From Longimicrobiales bacterium (GTDB lineage Bacteria; Gemmatimonadota; Gemmatimonadetes; Longimicrobiales; Gaopeijiaceae): a stretch of DNA of 25,920 nucleotides. Of this stretch, positions 14,876 through 24,101 are shown piece by piece. The position numbers and the translations under genes were made by a program. The stretch covers positions 1 through 25,920 of the forward strand of contig CBDANQ010000009.1 of the NCBI GenBank assembly GCA_965197725.1, read 5' to 3'. The first letter of the stretch is position 1. Each line of letters begins with the position of its first letter. A model generated the notes under the pieces. The model did not search any database. It was not told where the DNA came from and saw only the letters and a program-made list of their open reading frames with translations.

Positions 14876-17617
14876 TCACCGGTTCTCGGCCCGCTCGCGA
14901 TAGTCCCTCCACGCCGCACCGTCGAGTGAAACCAGGTTCGCCAGGAGGCGATATGCGCCCGGCACTCCAGCGGGGAACTGGCGGAAGAGAGCGAGCCCGG
15001 TGTAGACGTACACGCCTTGGCCCACCGAAGCCACGAGAAGCGACCCTTCCTTCGGGGCCTCACCGGGGTCGGCCATCGACAGGACCGGGGTGAACGCGGG
15101 GTCCCATGTGCCGAGGAAGTAGAGGCCGCGCTCCTGCACCCACCCCTCGAAGTCCTCGTCGGTGATCCGATTCGGCGTGTTGAGGACCGGGGCTTCCGGC
15201 TCGATCGGAGTTACGCTCGCGGTCTCGTCAGTAATACGGTCGTGGGGCCTCGAAATCGAGACCGGGTACGGAGTGTAGTCCCCACTCGGGAAGTCGTACT
15301 GGTTGTACTGCACTACGACCGTGCCGCCAGCCCGGGCGAAGTCGAGCACGGCGTCGTTCGCGGCGGCCAGGTCCGGGCGCGTCTCGTACGCGCGAACGCC
15401 CAGCACCAACGCGTCGAAGCGCCTGAAGTCACCGGCCAGGACGTCGCTTGGCTGTAACACCTCGACGTCGACGCCGAGTGCGGTCAGCGCCGCTGGACCG
15501 GAGTCGCCGGATCCCATCACGTACCCCACCCACAGCCCCTCGTCGACAGCGACCGGGAATATCGACGCGCGCAGCTCGGCCGTGTGAAACTGGGCCACCC
15601 GCTCGATGTGCGGATAATCGATGAGATCGATGCGCTCGCTCCAGGAGCGGCCGTCGTCCGAGCGCATCACCGCACGGAGACGCTGAACTCCTGGACCCAT
15701 GTCTGCGCTAGGGCGGAGGCTGATGGAGTAGGCTCGCTCAGCACCGGGGGCCCCGAGCTCGACCCTGGTCGTGGCCGGTTCGACCGACCAGCCCGAGCCC
15801 TCCAGCATGAGCGCACCCTCGATGCCGGACTCCGCCTGGTTGCGGACCCGGATGGTCACGGTGCGCTCTTCAGTGGATCCGAGCGGCCAGACCATCAAGT
15901 CCGGCTCGACCGTCACGGATGCTGCGGGGACCACCAGCAGCGGCTTCGTGAACTCGCCCCGGGCGGCGTCCACACCGTAGTAGCGTGCGGCGCGGTCCTC
16001 CGCGACAGCCACGCTGGTCCCGTCTCCGTCGGTGGCCGAGGCGAGGTCGAACGTAACGCGACCCGACAAGAGTGGCGGGTCTCGCGGGAGCCCCCTGAGA
16101 TCCCACTCCTCTGGCCACTCGTAGTACTCGCCGGTGCGCTGCTCGCGCTGATAGTAGATGCGTGAAAGCTCGGCGTCCGCTGGTACGCGGACACGGAATG
16201 CCCAACGGCGAATCTCGCCAGGCCCGAGCGTCTCGGACGTTCCCGACACCGTCTCCGTGCTGGAGCGGAACGGTCCGAATCCGCCACCGACGATCGTCCT
16301 CCCCTCGATCAGGTCCGCGGTCCAGCCAGCCGGCAGAAGCAATCCCGGACCTGCGTCCGTCAGTTGGTAGGGGCCCGCGTTCCACAGATCGACACGGACC
16401 TCGAGCTCCTCACCCGGGACGACGAGATCGTCGTTCGTGCGCACGCTCATCACGACCGAGGAGGCTGCCAACAATGCCCGCTGAACGAGCGCCCGCTTGC
16501 GGGTCAGCACCTGCGCGACCTCGGCCGTCGCTTCCTCGGTGCCGATGCACCCGAGGACCTCGTCCAGCGCGCCCACGGCGCGCGCGAGCGCCGGAGCCGA
16601 CATCTCTGGCGCGAGTGCATCCAGCGAGGACCGGGCCTCCGCTACGGCCGATCGATAGTTCTCGAGCGTCTCTCGGGCATCACCGGCCAAAGCTCCGGGG
16701 AGCGTTGATGTGAGGGCCACCAGCGTCGTGTCCACACCAGCGAAGATCCCGCCTTCCCCCGCGACTCCGTCCGCGGTCCACACCAGCGTCACGGCGGCGC
16801 TGCGCGGTCCAAGCGGCTGAGCGGCACCCATGTCCTGCGAGCGGTGCTGGCTCCGGGAATCCATGGAAACCTGGAAATACGAGCGGGCAAGCAGCGGATC
16901 GAAGGTCCCCGTCTCCAGCGAGGCCGATCCGCCGGAGGGGTCGCGACGGGCGAGGCGGTAGAGCTTCGTGGGCTGCCAGGGCTCGACACCGTTCTCGAGC
17001 TGTTCCGGAAAGCGTGTCGGGTCGGCTGCTACGTCGAAGGCCTCATGCGTCAACAGGCCGGCCACCTGGTGTTGGCCGTGTCCATCCCTCGGCGTTCCGC
17101 TGAACACGGAGAGAATCACGTGTGGCCGGAAACGCCGGATGACCCACACGACATCGCCGAGGATCTCCTCTCGCGGCCACTTGCCCAGCGTCTCGTCCGC
17201 TGTCTTCGAGAATCCGAAATCGATAGCGCGCGTGAAAAACTGCTCACCTCCGTCGATGGTGCGCGCCGCCACGAGCTCGCCGCTTCTCACGAGACCGAGC
17301 CCCTCGCCGAGCTCGGGACCGATGAGGTTCTGACCACCTTCGCCGCGTGTGACGGAGAGATAGGCGGTCCTCGCACCCATTCCGCGGGCGAGCGTCGTGA
17401 GGGTGCTGGTGTCCTCGTCGTCCGGGTGTGCGCCGATCATGAGGACGCGCTTCACGCCGTCCAACTGCCTGAGCAGGAGGCCCACCGCGACGGCCCCGCG
17501 GTCGCTGGGAGGCGCCTGTGCGCTGGACACCGACGGTACCGATGCGGCCCCGGCGACAAGAGCGACGAGCAGCGCCACCACCCGGCTTGGCGCTGTGTGC
17601 GTTGGCTTGGGGTGCAT
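14876..17617 (-). CDS. exported PIG-L/LmbE-family de-N-acetylase with Ig-like (NEW3-like) and C-terminal class-I GATase-like domains
   Basis: Signal peptide; IGAHPDDE, TRGEGGQN..GPE, FTRA.DFG.SK, GHGQHQ; C-terminal GY.MGSGD...G.RAY...GG..VVQY, WVQERGLYF, FRQ.PAGVPGAYRL.ANL; start at ATG 17617 estimated. Confidence 0.9.
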   Translation of the reverse strand: MHPKPTHTAPSRVVALLVALVAGAASVPSVSSAQAPPSDRGAVAVGLLLRQLDGVKRVLMIGAHPDDEDTSTLTTLARGMGARTAYLSVTRGEGGQNLIGPELGEGLGLVRSGELVAARTIDGGEQFFTRAIDFGFSKTADETLGKWPREEILGDVVWVIRRFRPHVILSVFSGTPRDGHGQHQVAGLLTHEAFDVAADPTRFPEQLENGVEPWQPTKLYRLARRDPSGGSASLETGTFDPLLARSYFQVSMDSRSQHRSQDMGAAQPLGPRSAAVTLVWTADGVAGEGGIFAGVDTTLVALTSTLPGALAGDARETLENYRSAVAEARSSLDALAPEMSAPALARAVGALDEVLGCIGTEEATAEVAQVLTRKRALVQRALLAASSVVMSVRTNDDLVVPGEELEVRVDLWNAGPYQLTDAGPGLLLPAGWTADLIEGRTIVGGGFGPFRSSTETVSGTSETLGPGEIRRWAFRVRVPADAELSRIYYQREQRTGEYYEWPEEWDLRGLPRDPPLLSGRVTFDLASATDGDGTSVAVAEDRAARYYGVDAARGEFTKPLLVVPAASVTVEPDLMVWPLGSTEERTVTIRVRNQAESGIEGALMLEGSGWSVEPATTRVELGAPGAERAYSISLRPSADMGPGVQRLRAVMRSDDGRSWSERIDLIDYPHIERVAQFHTAELRASIFPVAVDEGLWVGYVMGSGDSGPAALTALGVDVEVLQPSDVLAGDFRRFDALVLGVRAYETRPDLAAANDAVLDFARAGGTVVVQYNQYDFPSGDYTPYPVSISRPHDRITDETASVTPIEPEAPVLNTPNRITDEDFEGWVQERGLYFLGTWDPAFTPVLSMADPGEAPKEGSLLVASVGQGVYVYTGLALFRQFPAGVPGAYRLLANLVSLDGAAWRDYRERAENR

Positions 17618-17840
17618 CCCCTCGGACTCCCGAATCATTGGAACGAACGTACTCGGGCGCGGTGTCGGTGCAAAGCAGACCGATCGACGTCCGAGTCCAC
17701 GGCGCGCTCGATGCGCGCCTCGTTCCACATGGACACGCGAGGGAGGTGATGTGCGGATGAGAACCGCGTCGTGGGGTCCCGCATAGGTCTCCGCGGCGGG
17801 CTTTCAGCGCCCCCGGTGCGTCAGCCATCGCCCCCGTTCG

Positions 17841-18776
17841 TCAGCCCGCGCCCGCGCGTGGCGGCCACGGTAGAGCGAGCGCAGCGGGCGCACGCGAACG
17901 GCCGACCCAGCCGGCCAGAGCCGCGAGGGTGAGGACGTACGGCAGTGCAAGGAAAAGCTGATAGGACACCTCGAGGCCGAGCGCTTGCAGCCCGAATTGG
18001 AGTGCGGATGCGGCGCCGAAGAACATGGAGGCGGCCAGCACGCCAAGCGGATTCCACCGTCCGAGCACGACGACCGCGATCGCAATGAAGCCGCGGCCAG
18101 CCGACATGCCCTCCGCGAAGGTACCTGCGTGCGCCAGGGCCAGATGAGCGCCCGCCACGCCGGCCAGGAGGCCTCCCATCAGGACGGCAAGGAAGCGGTA
18201 TTTCAAGACTCGGATGCCGGCGGCCTCGGCCGCGACCGGCTGCTCACCCACCGCGCGAAGGTCTAGACCCCAGCCCGTTCGGAACAAGTAGTACCAGAGC
18301 GCCGGAGCGAGGAGATAGGCCAAGTACGCCGTCCATGGCTGATGGAACAGGGCGGGTCCCAGGACGGGGATCGCGGACAGTCCGGGAATGCTCACCGGAG
18401 ACAGCGCCGGCAGGGTGAGGGCCGTACCGGTCACACCGAACACGCTTTGATAGACGACGCCTGTCACGCCGAGACCGCCGAGGGTCACCGCGGTTCCCAC
18501 GATGATCTGGTCCGCGTTCAAGGTGATCGCGAATACGGCGAATACGGCCGCCACGGCTGTACCCGCAGCCGCACCGGCCAGCACACCGGCTGAAGGCGAC
18601 CCCATCATCAAGGCGCCGAGCGCTCCCCCGAGGGCGCCACCGATCAACGAGCCCTCGAGCCCGATGTTGATGACTCCCGCCCGTTCGCTGACCGTCTCGC
18701 CGAGGGCTGCCAGCGCGAGGGGCACGCCGAGTCGCACGGAAGCCTCGAGAAACGCTTGCAGGGCAATCCCATCCAT
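17841..18776 (-). CDS. ABC transporter permease (CUT2 nucleoside-type)
   Basis: ALGE..SERAGVINIGLEG, G..LRAVGE.P.AA..AGI, GRGFIAIA.V.LG.W.P, LPYVLT. Confidence 0.92.
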   Translation of the reverse strand: MDGIALQAFLEASVRLGVPLALAALGETVSERAGVINIGLEGSLIGGALGGALGALMMGSPSAGVLAGAAAGTAVAAVFAVFAITLNADQIIVGTAVTLGGLGVTGVVYQSVFGVTGTALTLPALSPVSIPGLSAIPVLGPALFHQPWTAYLAYLLAPALWYYLFRTGWGLDLRAVGEQPVAAEAAGIRVLKYRFLAVLMGGLLAGVAGAHLALAHAGTFAEGMSAGRGFIAIAVVVLGRWNPLGVLAASMFFGAASALQFGLQALGLEVSYQLFLALPYVLTLAALAGWVGRSRAPAALALPWPPRAGAG

Positions 18777-18780
18777 GGAG

Positions 18781-19845
18781 TCAGCCCGCCGGCTCGTCGA
18801 GGGTCACGGAGACTCCGGATGATCCCAGTCTGCGCACGATCTGGTCGACCGCCAGCACGGCCAGAATCACCAGGGCCTCGATCGCGTTGACCCAAACCGC
18901 CGGGATGCCGGCATCTCGCTGCATGGCACCGGCGCCTCCCTGCAGCGCCCCGAAGAAGATGCCTGTGGCAAGCACGGCCAGGGGGTTGAGACCCGCCAGG
19001 AGCGCCACCGCGATCGCCGTGTACCCGTACCCGGGCGACAGATCCTCGTACAAGGCGAAGGTCACGCCCCCGACTTCGACGCCTCCCGCGAGACCCGCGA
19101 GCATCCCGGAGATCAGGAAGCTCGCGAAGATCACCCGGCTCGTATCGATCCGGCCGGACAGGCTCGCTGCTTCGGGGGCCGCCCCCACCGCCCGGAGACG
19201 GAACCCGAACGCGGTGGCGCGCACGGTCCACCAGAGCGCGAGGGCCAATACGACCGCGACCAGAAAGCCGGCATGAAGTCGGCCGGAGCCCATCCTCGGG
19301 AGTCGGGCCGCCATTGCGATCGGATCGGTCTGGGGGAAAACCCCACGAGCCTCCTGGAGTGGTCCGTGCACCAGGTAGGCCGTCAGGTAGATGGCGATGA
19401 AGTTCATGAGGATCGTCGTGATGACCTCGCCGACCCCCGCCCGCAGCTTCATGAGGATGGGCACGAGTGCCCAGAGGCCACCGGCGATCGCCGCCGCGGC
19501 CATGGTCACGGGCAGCAATACCCAAGCGGGAGCATCGGGGAGGGAAAGGCCGAGCCACGTCGCGGCCACCGCTCCTGCGTAGAGCTGACCTTCCGCACCG
19601 ATGTTCCACACGCCGGCCCGAAAAGCGATCGCGACCGCGAGACCTGTCAGCACTAGCGGTGTGGCCCGCACGAGGGTGATCGACGTGAAGCGTTCGACCG
19701 ACCCGATCGCTCCATCGACGAGGGCGACGCCGGCCGCTGCCGGATCGAAGCCCGCTACGGCCAGGCCGATGGTCGTGAGCACCGCGGTAGCCAGGAGCGC
19801 CGCGACGCTCGCACCCGCAGGCCCGACCCAACGTGCGCTACGAAT
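18781..19845 (-). CDS. ABC transporter permease (CUT2 nucleoside-type)
   Basis: ATPL..TGLAVA.AFRAG..NIGAEGQ, EVITTI..N, G..LRAVG, GYG.TAI.VALL..L.P; start uncertain (ATT 19845 or GTG 19782). Confidence 0.9.
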   Translation of the reverse strand: MRSARWVGPAGASVAALLATAVLTTIGLAVAGFDPAAAGVALVDGAIGSVERFTSITLVRATPLVLTGLAVAIAFRAGVWNIGAEGQLYAGAVAATWLGLSLPDAPAWVLLPVTMAAAAIAGGLWALVPILMKLRAGVGEVITTILMNFIAIYLTAYLVHGPLQEARGVFPQTDPIAMAARLPRMGSGRLHAGFLVAVVLALALWWTVRATAFGFRLRAVGAAPEAASLSGRIDTSRVIFASFLISGMLAGLAGGVEVGGVTFALYEDLSPGYGYTAIAVALLAGLNPLAVLATGIFFGALQGGAGAMQRDAGIPAVWVNAIEALVILAVLAVDQIVRRLGSSGVSVTLDEPAG

Positions 19846-21361
19846 GGGCGGAGCCTCCGCTCAGCATGAGCTGTCCCAGGCCAGACGGGGTCCGAGCGTC
19901 CGGTGGAACGGCAACCAGACGGCCGCGAACCATCACGAAGACCCGGTCCGATAGCTCCAGCACCTCGTCCAGATCGGTGGAGAAGAGGACGACACCGGGA
20001 GCGGTCGCCCGGTCGTCGCCCGGACCGGGCTGGGTCCTCAGCTTCGCGAGCTCGCCACGGACGAACTCCGTAGCGGCGATGTCGAGGCCGCGCGTCGGGT
20101 TTTCCGCGACGAGAAGATCGGGGCGGCGAGCCAGCGCTCGGCCTACGACGAGCTTCTGCTGGTTCCCACCGGACAGTGCACGGGCGGGCCAGCGCCAACT
20201 TGGAGTTTGCACCGCGTAGTGCGCGATGATCTCCTGGGCGGTCGACCGGACAGCCGCCCAATCGAGGACCGGTCCCCGTCGGTGGCTCGGCACGTCGTGA
20301 AAGGCGAGAGCGGTATTCTCGGCGAGATCGAAGCTGGGAATCAGCCCGTCTCTGCCTCGATCCTGGGGAACCAGGCTCGTCGTCCGTGGAAGATCCACCC
20401 GCCCGGCCGTCGGTCGGAGTCGCCCCGCAAGAAGGAGCGCCAACTCCCTTTGGCCGTTCCCCTCTACACCGCCGATGCCGATGATCACTCCGCGCCGCAC
20501 GTCGAGACTAACCCGGTCGAGTGCCATCTCGCCCCGCCGCCCCGCCGCCGTCACCCGTTCGATGCGCGCGACGCGATCGCCCGGCTCGGCCGTTTCCAGG
20601 CGCCCTGGCTCAGCCGGCGAACGACCGATCATGGCCCGAGCCAACCGAGAGCCGTCCACGTTGCCTCGCTCCGCCGACAGCACGGTCCGCCCCCGCCGGA
20701 GGACGGTGATCCGGTCCGCGATGCCGAGGATCTCGTCGAGTTTGTGCGCGATCAACAAGACCGTTCGGCCTTGCTCCGCGAGGGACCTCAGCACCCCGAA
20801 GAGCCACTCGACCCCCTGGGGGGCGAGCACCGCCGTGGGCTCGTCGAGGATCAGGATGCTCGGGTCGCGGTAGAGGAGCTTGAGGATCTCGACGCGCTGG
20901 CGCGCGCCCACGGAAAGCCCGCCGACGGGAGCGTCCGGATCCACGGGGATGCCGGTCACCGACTCGAGTTCGGCGATACGCTCTCGCACACGATCGAGGC
21001 GGAGGCGGAGGCCGCCGCCGTCCCCGCGGACGCCGAGCGCCACGTTCTCCACTACGGACAGGTTGGATACGAGCGTGAAGTGCTGATGAACCATGCCGAT
21101 CCCGGCAGCCATGGCGTCGCGTGGAGTCCGTAGCCGGACCTCCGAGCCGTCGATGAGGATCTCGCCGTCGTCCGGCTCCATGGCGCCATGGAGGAGGCTC
21201 ATCAGCGTGGTCTTGCCCGCGCCATTCTCACCAAGCAGCGAGTGGACCTCGCCGGGAAACGCCGTAAGGTCCGCTCCCGCCAGCGCTCGGACCGGGCCGA
21301 AGCGCTTGTGGACTGAGCGCAGCTGCACGCTGGGCTTAGGCGGGGTGGGCTCCTGCCGCAT
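19838..21361 (-). CDS. ABC transporter ATP-binding protein (two-NBD CUT2 type)
   Basis: GENGAGKTT, GMVHQHF, LSVG..QRVEILK, ILDEPTAVL, second half LSGGNQQK, PTRGLD. Confidence 0.95.
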   Translation of the reverse strand: MRQEPTPPKPSVQLRSVHKRFGPVRALAGADLTAFPGEVHSLLGENGAGKTTLMSLLHGAMEPDDGEILIDGSEVRLRTPRDAMAAGIGMVHQHFTLVSNLSVVENVALGVRGDGGGLRLRLDRVRERIAELESVTGIPVDPDAPVGGLSVGARQRVEILKLLYRDPSILILDEPTAVLAPQGVEWLFGVLRSLAEQGRTVLLIAHKLDEILGIADRITVLRRGRTVLSAERGNVDGSRLARAMIGRSPAEPGRLETAEPGDRVARIERVTAAGRRGEMALDRVSLDVRRGVIIGIGGVEGNGQRELALLLAGRLRPTAGRVDLPRTTSLVPQDRGRDGLIPSFDLAENTALAFHDVPSHRRGPVLDWAAVRSTAQEIIAHYAVQTPSWRWPARALSGGNQQKLVVGRALARRPDLLVAENPTRGLDIAATEFVRGELAKLRTQPGPGDDRATAPGVVLFSTDLDEVLELSDRVFVMVRGRLVAVPPDARTPSGLGQLMLSGGSAHS

Positions 21362-21367
21362 CACGGC

Positions 21368-22411
21368 TCAGGGGCCGCCGGTGTCGCCCTCGACGAATGG
21401 GACCCGCGGCACCTCCAGGGTGCCCTCCCTGATCGAAACTCGTGCGGCCTCGATTCGAGCGAGAACGGCTGCGGGGATTCGGTCGTGAAGGAGCGGGTTG
21501 AGGACGAAGTCGACGACTCCCTCGACCTGGCCTACGTACAGGACGCCCGGCGGAAGCCCTCCCTCGGCGAAGTCCGCGGCGACCTCCAGGAAGGCACGGG
21601 GAATGTCGATCACCGCACTCCCCACGATCACCTCGGGGGCGACGGCGTTCTGGTCGCGGTTCATGCCGATCGCCCAGACCGGAGCGTCTTCGGTCGTCGA
21701 CTCCCGGACCGCTTGGAACACTCCGAAGCTGGCGGCATCCGTGTTGTGCACTAGCACGTCGGCCCCTCTGCTGAGCTGCGCCGTCGCAGCTTCCTTCGCT
21801 GCCGCCACGTCGTCCCACGTGCCGATGAACGACTCGAGCACCTCCACATCGGGCGCGGCCGCGCGAGCACCGGCCTCGAACGCGCGGAACGTCCCCTGCA
21901 CCGGAGGGATCGCCACGCCGCCGACCATACCCACGACCTTCGAGGTGCTGAGCCCGCCTGCGAGCATTCCGGCAAGGTAGCTCGCCTCCTCCAGCCGGAA
22001 GATCAACGGGTGGACGTTGGGTGCGACCCGGCCACCGCTGGACACGACGATCGTGAGGCTGGGAAAGGCCTCCCCCGCCCTGACCGCGGCGTCCTGGTAC
22101 TCGAAGCCGTGTGCGAAGATCAGATCGAAGCCGGCCGAGGCATACGAGAAGAACGCTTCATCGAACTCCGCGGGCGTCTTGGTTTGCTGGTGGCTGATGC
22201 GGGCTCCAAGGGAGTCGCGGATCACCAGGATCCCCTCGTACGCACCCGCGTACCAGCCCGCGTCGCTCACCGGTCCCGAGGTGAGAAGCGCGATCTGGAG
22301 CTCGTCGATCTCCCCCTCGGAACCAGCTCTCTCGCCTGCGCAAGAAGTCGCCAGAGCCCAAGTGAAGAGGCCGATTACGGCCCGGCCCCGGAACGCTCGT
22401 CTCATCGTCAT
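21368..22411 (-). CDS. BMP/PnrA-family substrate-binding lipoprotein
   Basis: Lipobox LATSC; GPVSDAGW...AYEG, DLIFAHGFEY, EEASYLAG.LAG, GTWDD, GADV. Confidence 0.9.
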   Translation of the reverse strand: MTMRRAFRGRAVIGLFTWALATSCAGERAGSEGEIDELQIALLTSGPVSDAGWYAGAYEGILVIRDSLGARISHQQTKTPAEFDEAFFSYASAGFDLIFAHGFEYQDAAVRAGEAFPSLTIVVSSGGRVAPNVHPLIFRLEEASYLAGMLAGGLSTSKVVGMVGGVAIPPVQGTFRAFEAGARAAAPDVEVLESFIGTWDDVAAAKEAATAQLSRGADVLVHNTDAASFGVFQAVRESTTEDAPVWAIGMNRDQNAVAPEVIVGSAVIDIPRAFLEVAADFAEGGLPPGVLYVGQVEGVVDFVLNPLLHDRIPAAVLARIEAARVSIREGTLEVPRVPFVEGDTGGP

Positions 22412-22684
22412 GAATCCTGCTCCAGTGGCAAGCCGAAGAGGCGTGGTGAGCCGGGTAGCGATCGTTACGGGATGCGAGCTCGAGGCCGCGTCCGCGTCCC
22501 CCGCGGAAAGGGCGCGCCCTGGTACACCCTGGCCAGCGCCCAGTTCGCGGAACCCGACGAGCCGACGGCCTGGCGGATGGGCGCGCGGGGAGCTCAATAT
22601 AGGGCGCGATTGTTCAAACCTCGACCCGCCTCGGGCCCGGCCGCCTTCGTCGGATTCCGTCCGGATCTCCTACCACGAACGCCA

Positions 22685-24082
22685 ATGTCACAGCCGCGCG
22701 ACCACTGGGGCTCGAACCTGGGCTTCGTCCTCGCAGCGACCGGGAGCGCCATCGGCCTGGGGAACCTCTGGAAGTTCCCATTCATCACGTGGGAGAACGG
22801 CGGAGGGGCGTTCGTCCTAATCTATCTCGTCTGCATCGCGGCGGTGGGCCTACCCATCATGATGGCGGAGATCCTCATCGGTCGACGCACGCAGAAAAGT
22901 CCGGTCGGCGCGCTCAAAGAGGCGGTAGGCCCGTTTTGGGGCATCGTCGGCGCCTGGGGAGTCGCGGCGGGATTCACGATCCTCAGCTACTACACGGTCG
23001 TGGCGGGATGGTCGCTCAATTACTTCGTGAAGTCGGTCGGGTGGAGCCTCGGCGGCTTCCCCGCGAACACTGCGCTCGGTGAAGCGTTCGGGACGTTCGC
23101 GGCCAATGGGCCGCTCCAGATTCTGCTCGCCTTCCTGTTCATGGGCGCCACGACGTTGGTCGTCCTCGCTGGAGTCCACCGCGGCATCGAGCGCGTGGCG
23201 AGGATCTTCCTACCCATCCTCTTCGGGATCCTCGTCTTGCTTCTGTTCAGCGCCCTCTCGATACAAGGCGGCGCCCCAGGGCGCGAGGCGCTCGCCTTCA
23301 TACTGGTCCCCCGCTTCGATCAGTTGGATGCGGGAGGGGTTCTCGAAGCGCTCGGTCACTCCTTCTTCACATTGTCCCTCGGGATGGGAGCGATGATCAC
23401 CTACGGCTCCTATCTCTCGAAGCAGGAGTCGATCGTAAGAGCGTCCGCGATCATCGTCTTCCTGGACACGCTCATCGCGATCGTCGCCACGATCATCATG
23501 TTCTCGGTGATCTTTTCGGTTCCGGGGATGGAGGAGCAGATCGGCCGGTCGACGGTGGGGATGCTGTTCATCTCGCTGCCGGAGCTGTTCTATACGGCGG
23601 TGCCCTTCGGGGTCGTCCTAGGGCCGCTCTTCTACGTGCTCGTCGCTCTGGCGGCGCTCACGTCGACGATCTCGCTCTTGGAGGTCGTGGTCAGCTATTG
23701 GATCGACGAGAAGGGGATGTCGCGACGCAACGCCGTTCTCCTCAGCTCGGGCGGCATCTTCGTGGTCACCGTCCTGTGCGCGTTGTCGTTCGGGGCATCC
23801 GCGGGGCTCTCGGAATTCGAGATCTTCGAGGGTAAGCCTGGGTTCTTCGGCACTCTGGACCACCTCGCGGCCAATTGGCAGCTGCCCATCGGGGGCTTGT
23901 TGATCACGCTCGCCGCGGGATGGTTCATGAGCCGTGACGCCACGGAGTCCGAGTTGGTGGATGGCACGCAGCCGAAGTGGTTCAAGTACGGCGCGTGGCA
24001 CTTCTTCATGCGGTTCGTGGCGCCGGTCGCGGTGGGTGCGATCCTCGCGGCCGTGATCCTGTTCGGTGTCGACTTCACCTGA
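22685..24082 (+). CDS. sodium-dependent transporter, NSS/SNF (LeuT-like) family
   Basis: RDHWGS.LGFVLA..GSAIGLGNLWKFP...NGGGAF, YY.V..GW, GIE, FF.LSLG.G.MITYGSY, ALTS.IS.LE; start ATG 22685. Confidence 0.95.
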   Translation: MSQPRDHWGSNLGFVLAATGSAIGLGNLWKFPFITWENGGGAFVLIYLVCIAAVGLPIMMAEILIGRRTQKSPVGALKEAVGPFWGIVGAWGVAAGFTILSYYTVVAGWSLNYFVKSVGWSLGGFPANTALGEAFGTFAANGPLQILLAFLFMGATTLVVLAGVHRGIERVARIFLPILFGILVLLLFSALSIQGGAPGREALAFILVPRFDQLDAGGVLEALGHSFFTLSLGMGAMITYGSYLSKQESIVRASAIIVFLDTLIAIVATIIMFSVIFSVPGMEEQIGRSTVGMLFISLPELFYTAVPFGVVLGPLFYVLVALAALTSTISLLEVVVSYWIDEKGMSRRNAVLLSSGGIFVVTVLCALSFGASAGLSEFEIFEGKPGFFGTLDHLAANWQLPIGGLLITLAAGWFMSRDATESELVDGTQPKWFKYGAWHFFMRFVAPVAVGAILAAVILFGVDFT

Positions 24083-24101
24083 CGAAGAACGCCGCCAACT
24101 C

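Noticed and set aside
22010..22684. N-terminal extension of the NSS transporter (690-aa ORF)
   Set aside because: Antisense to the BMP gene; the family N-terminus begins at MSQPRDHW (22685)
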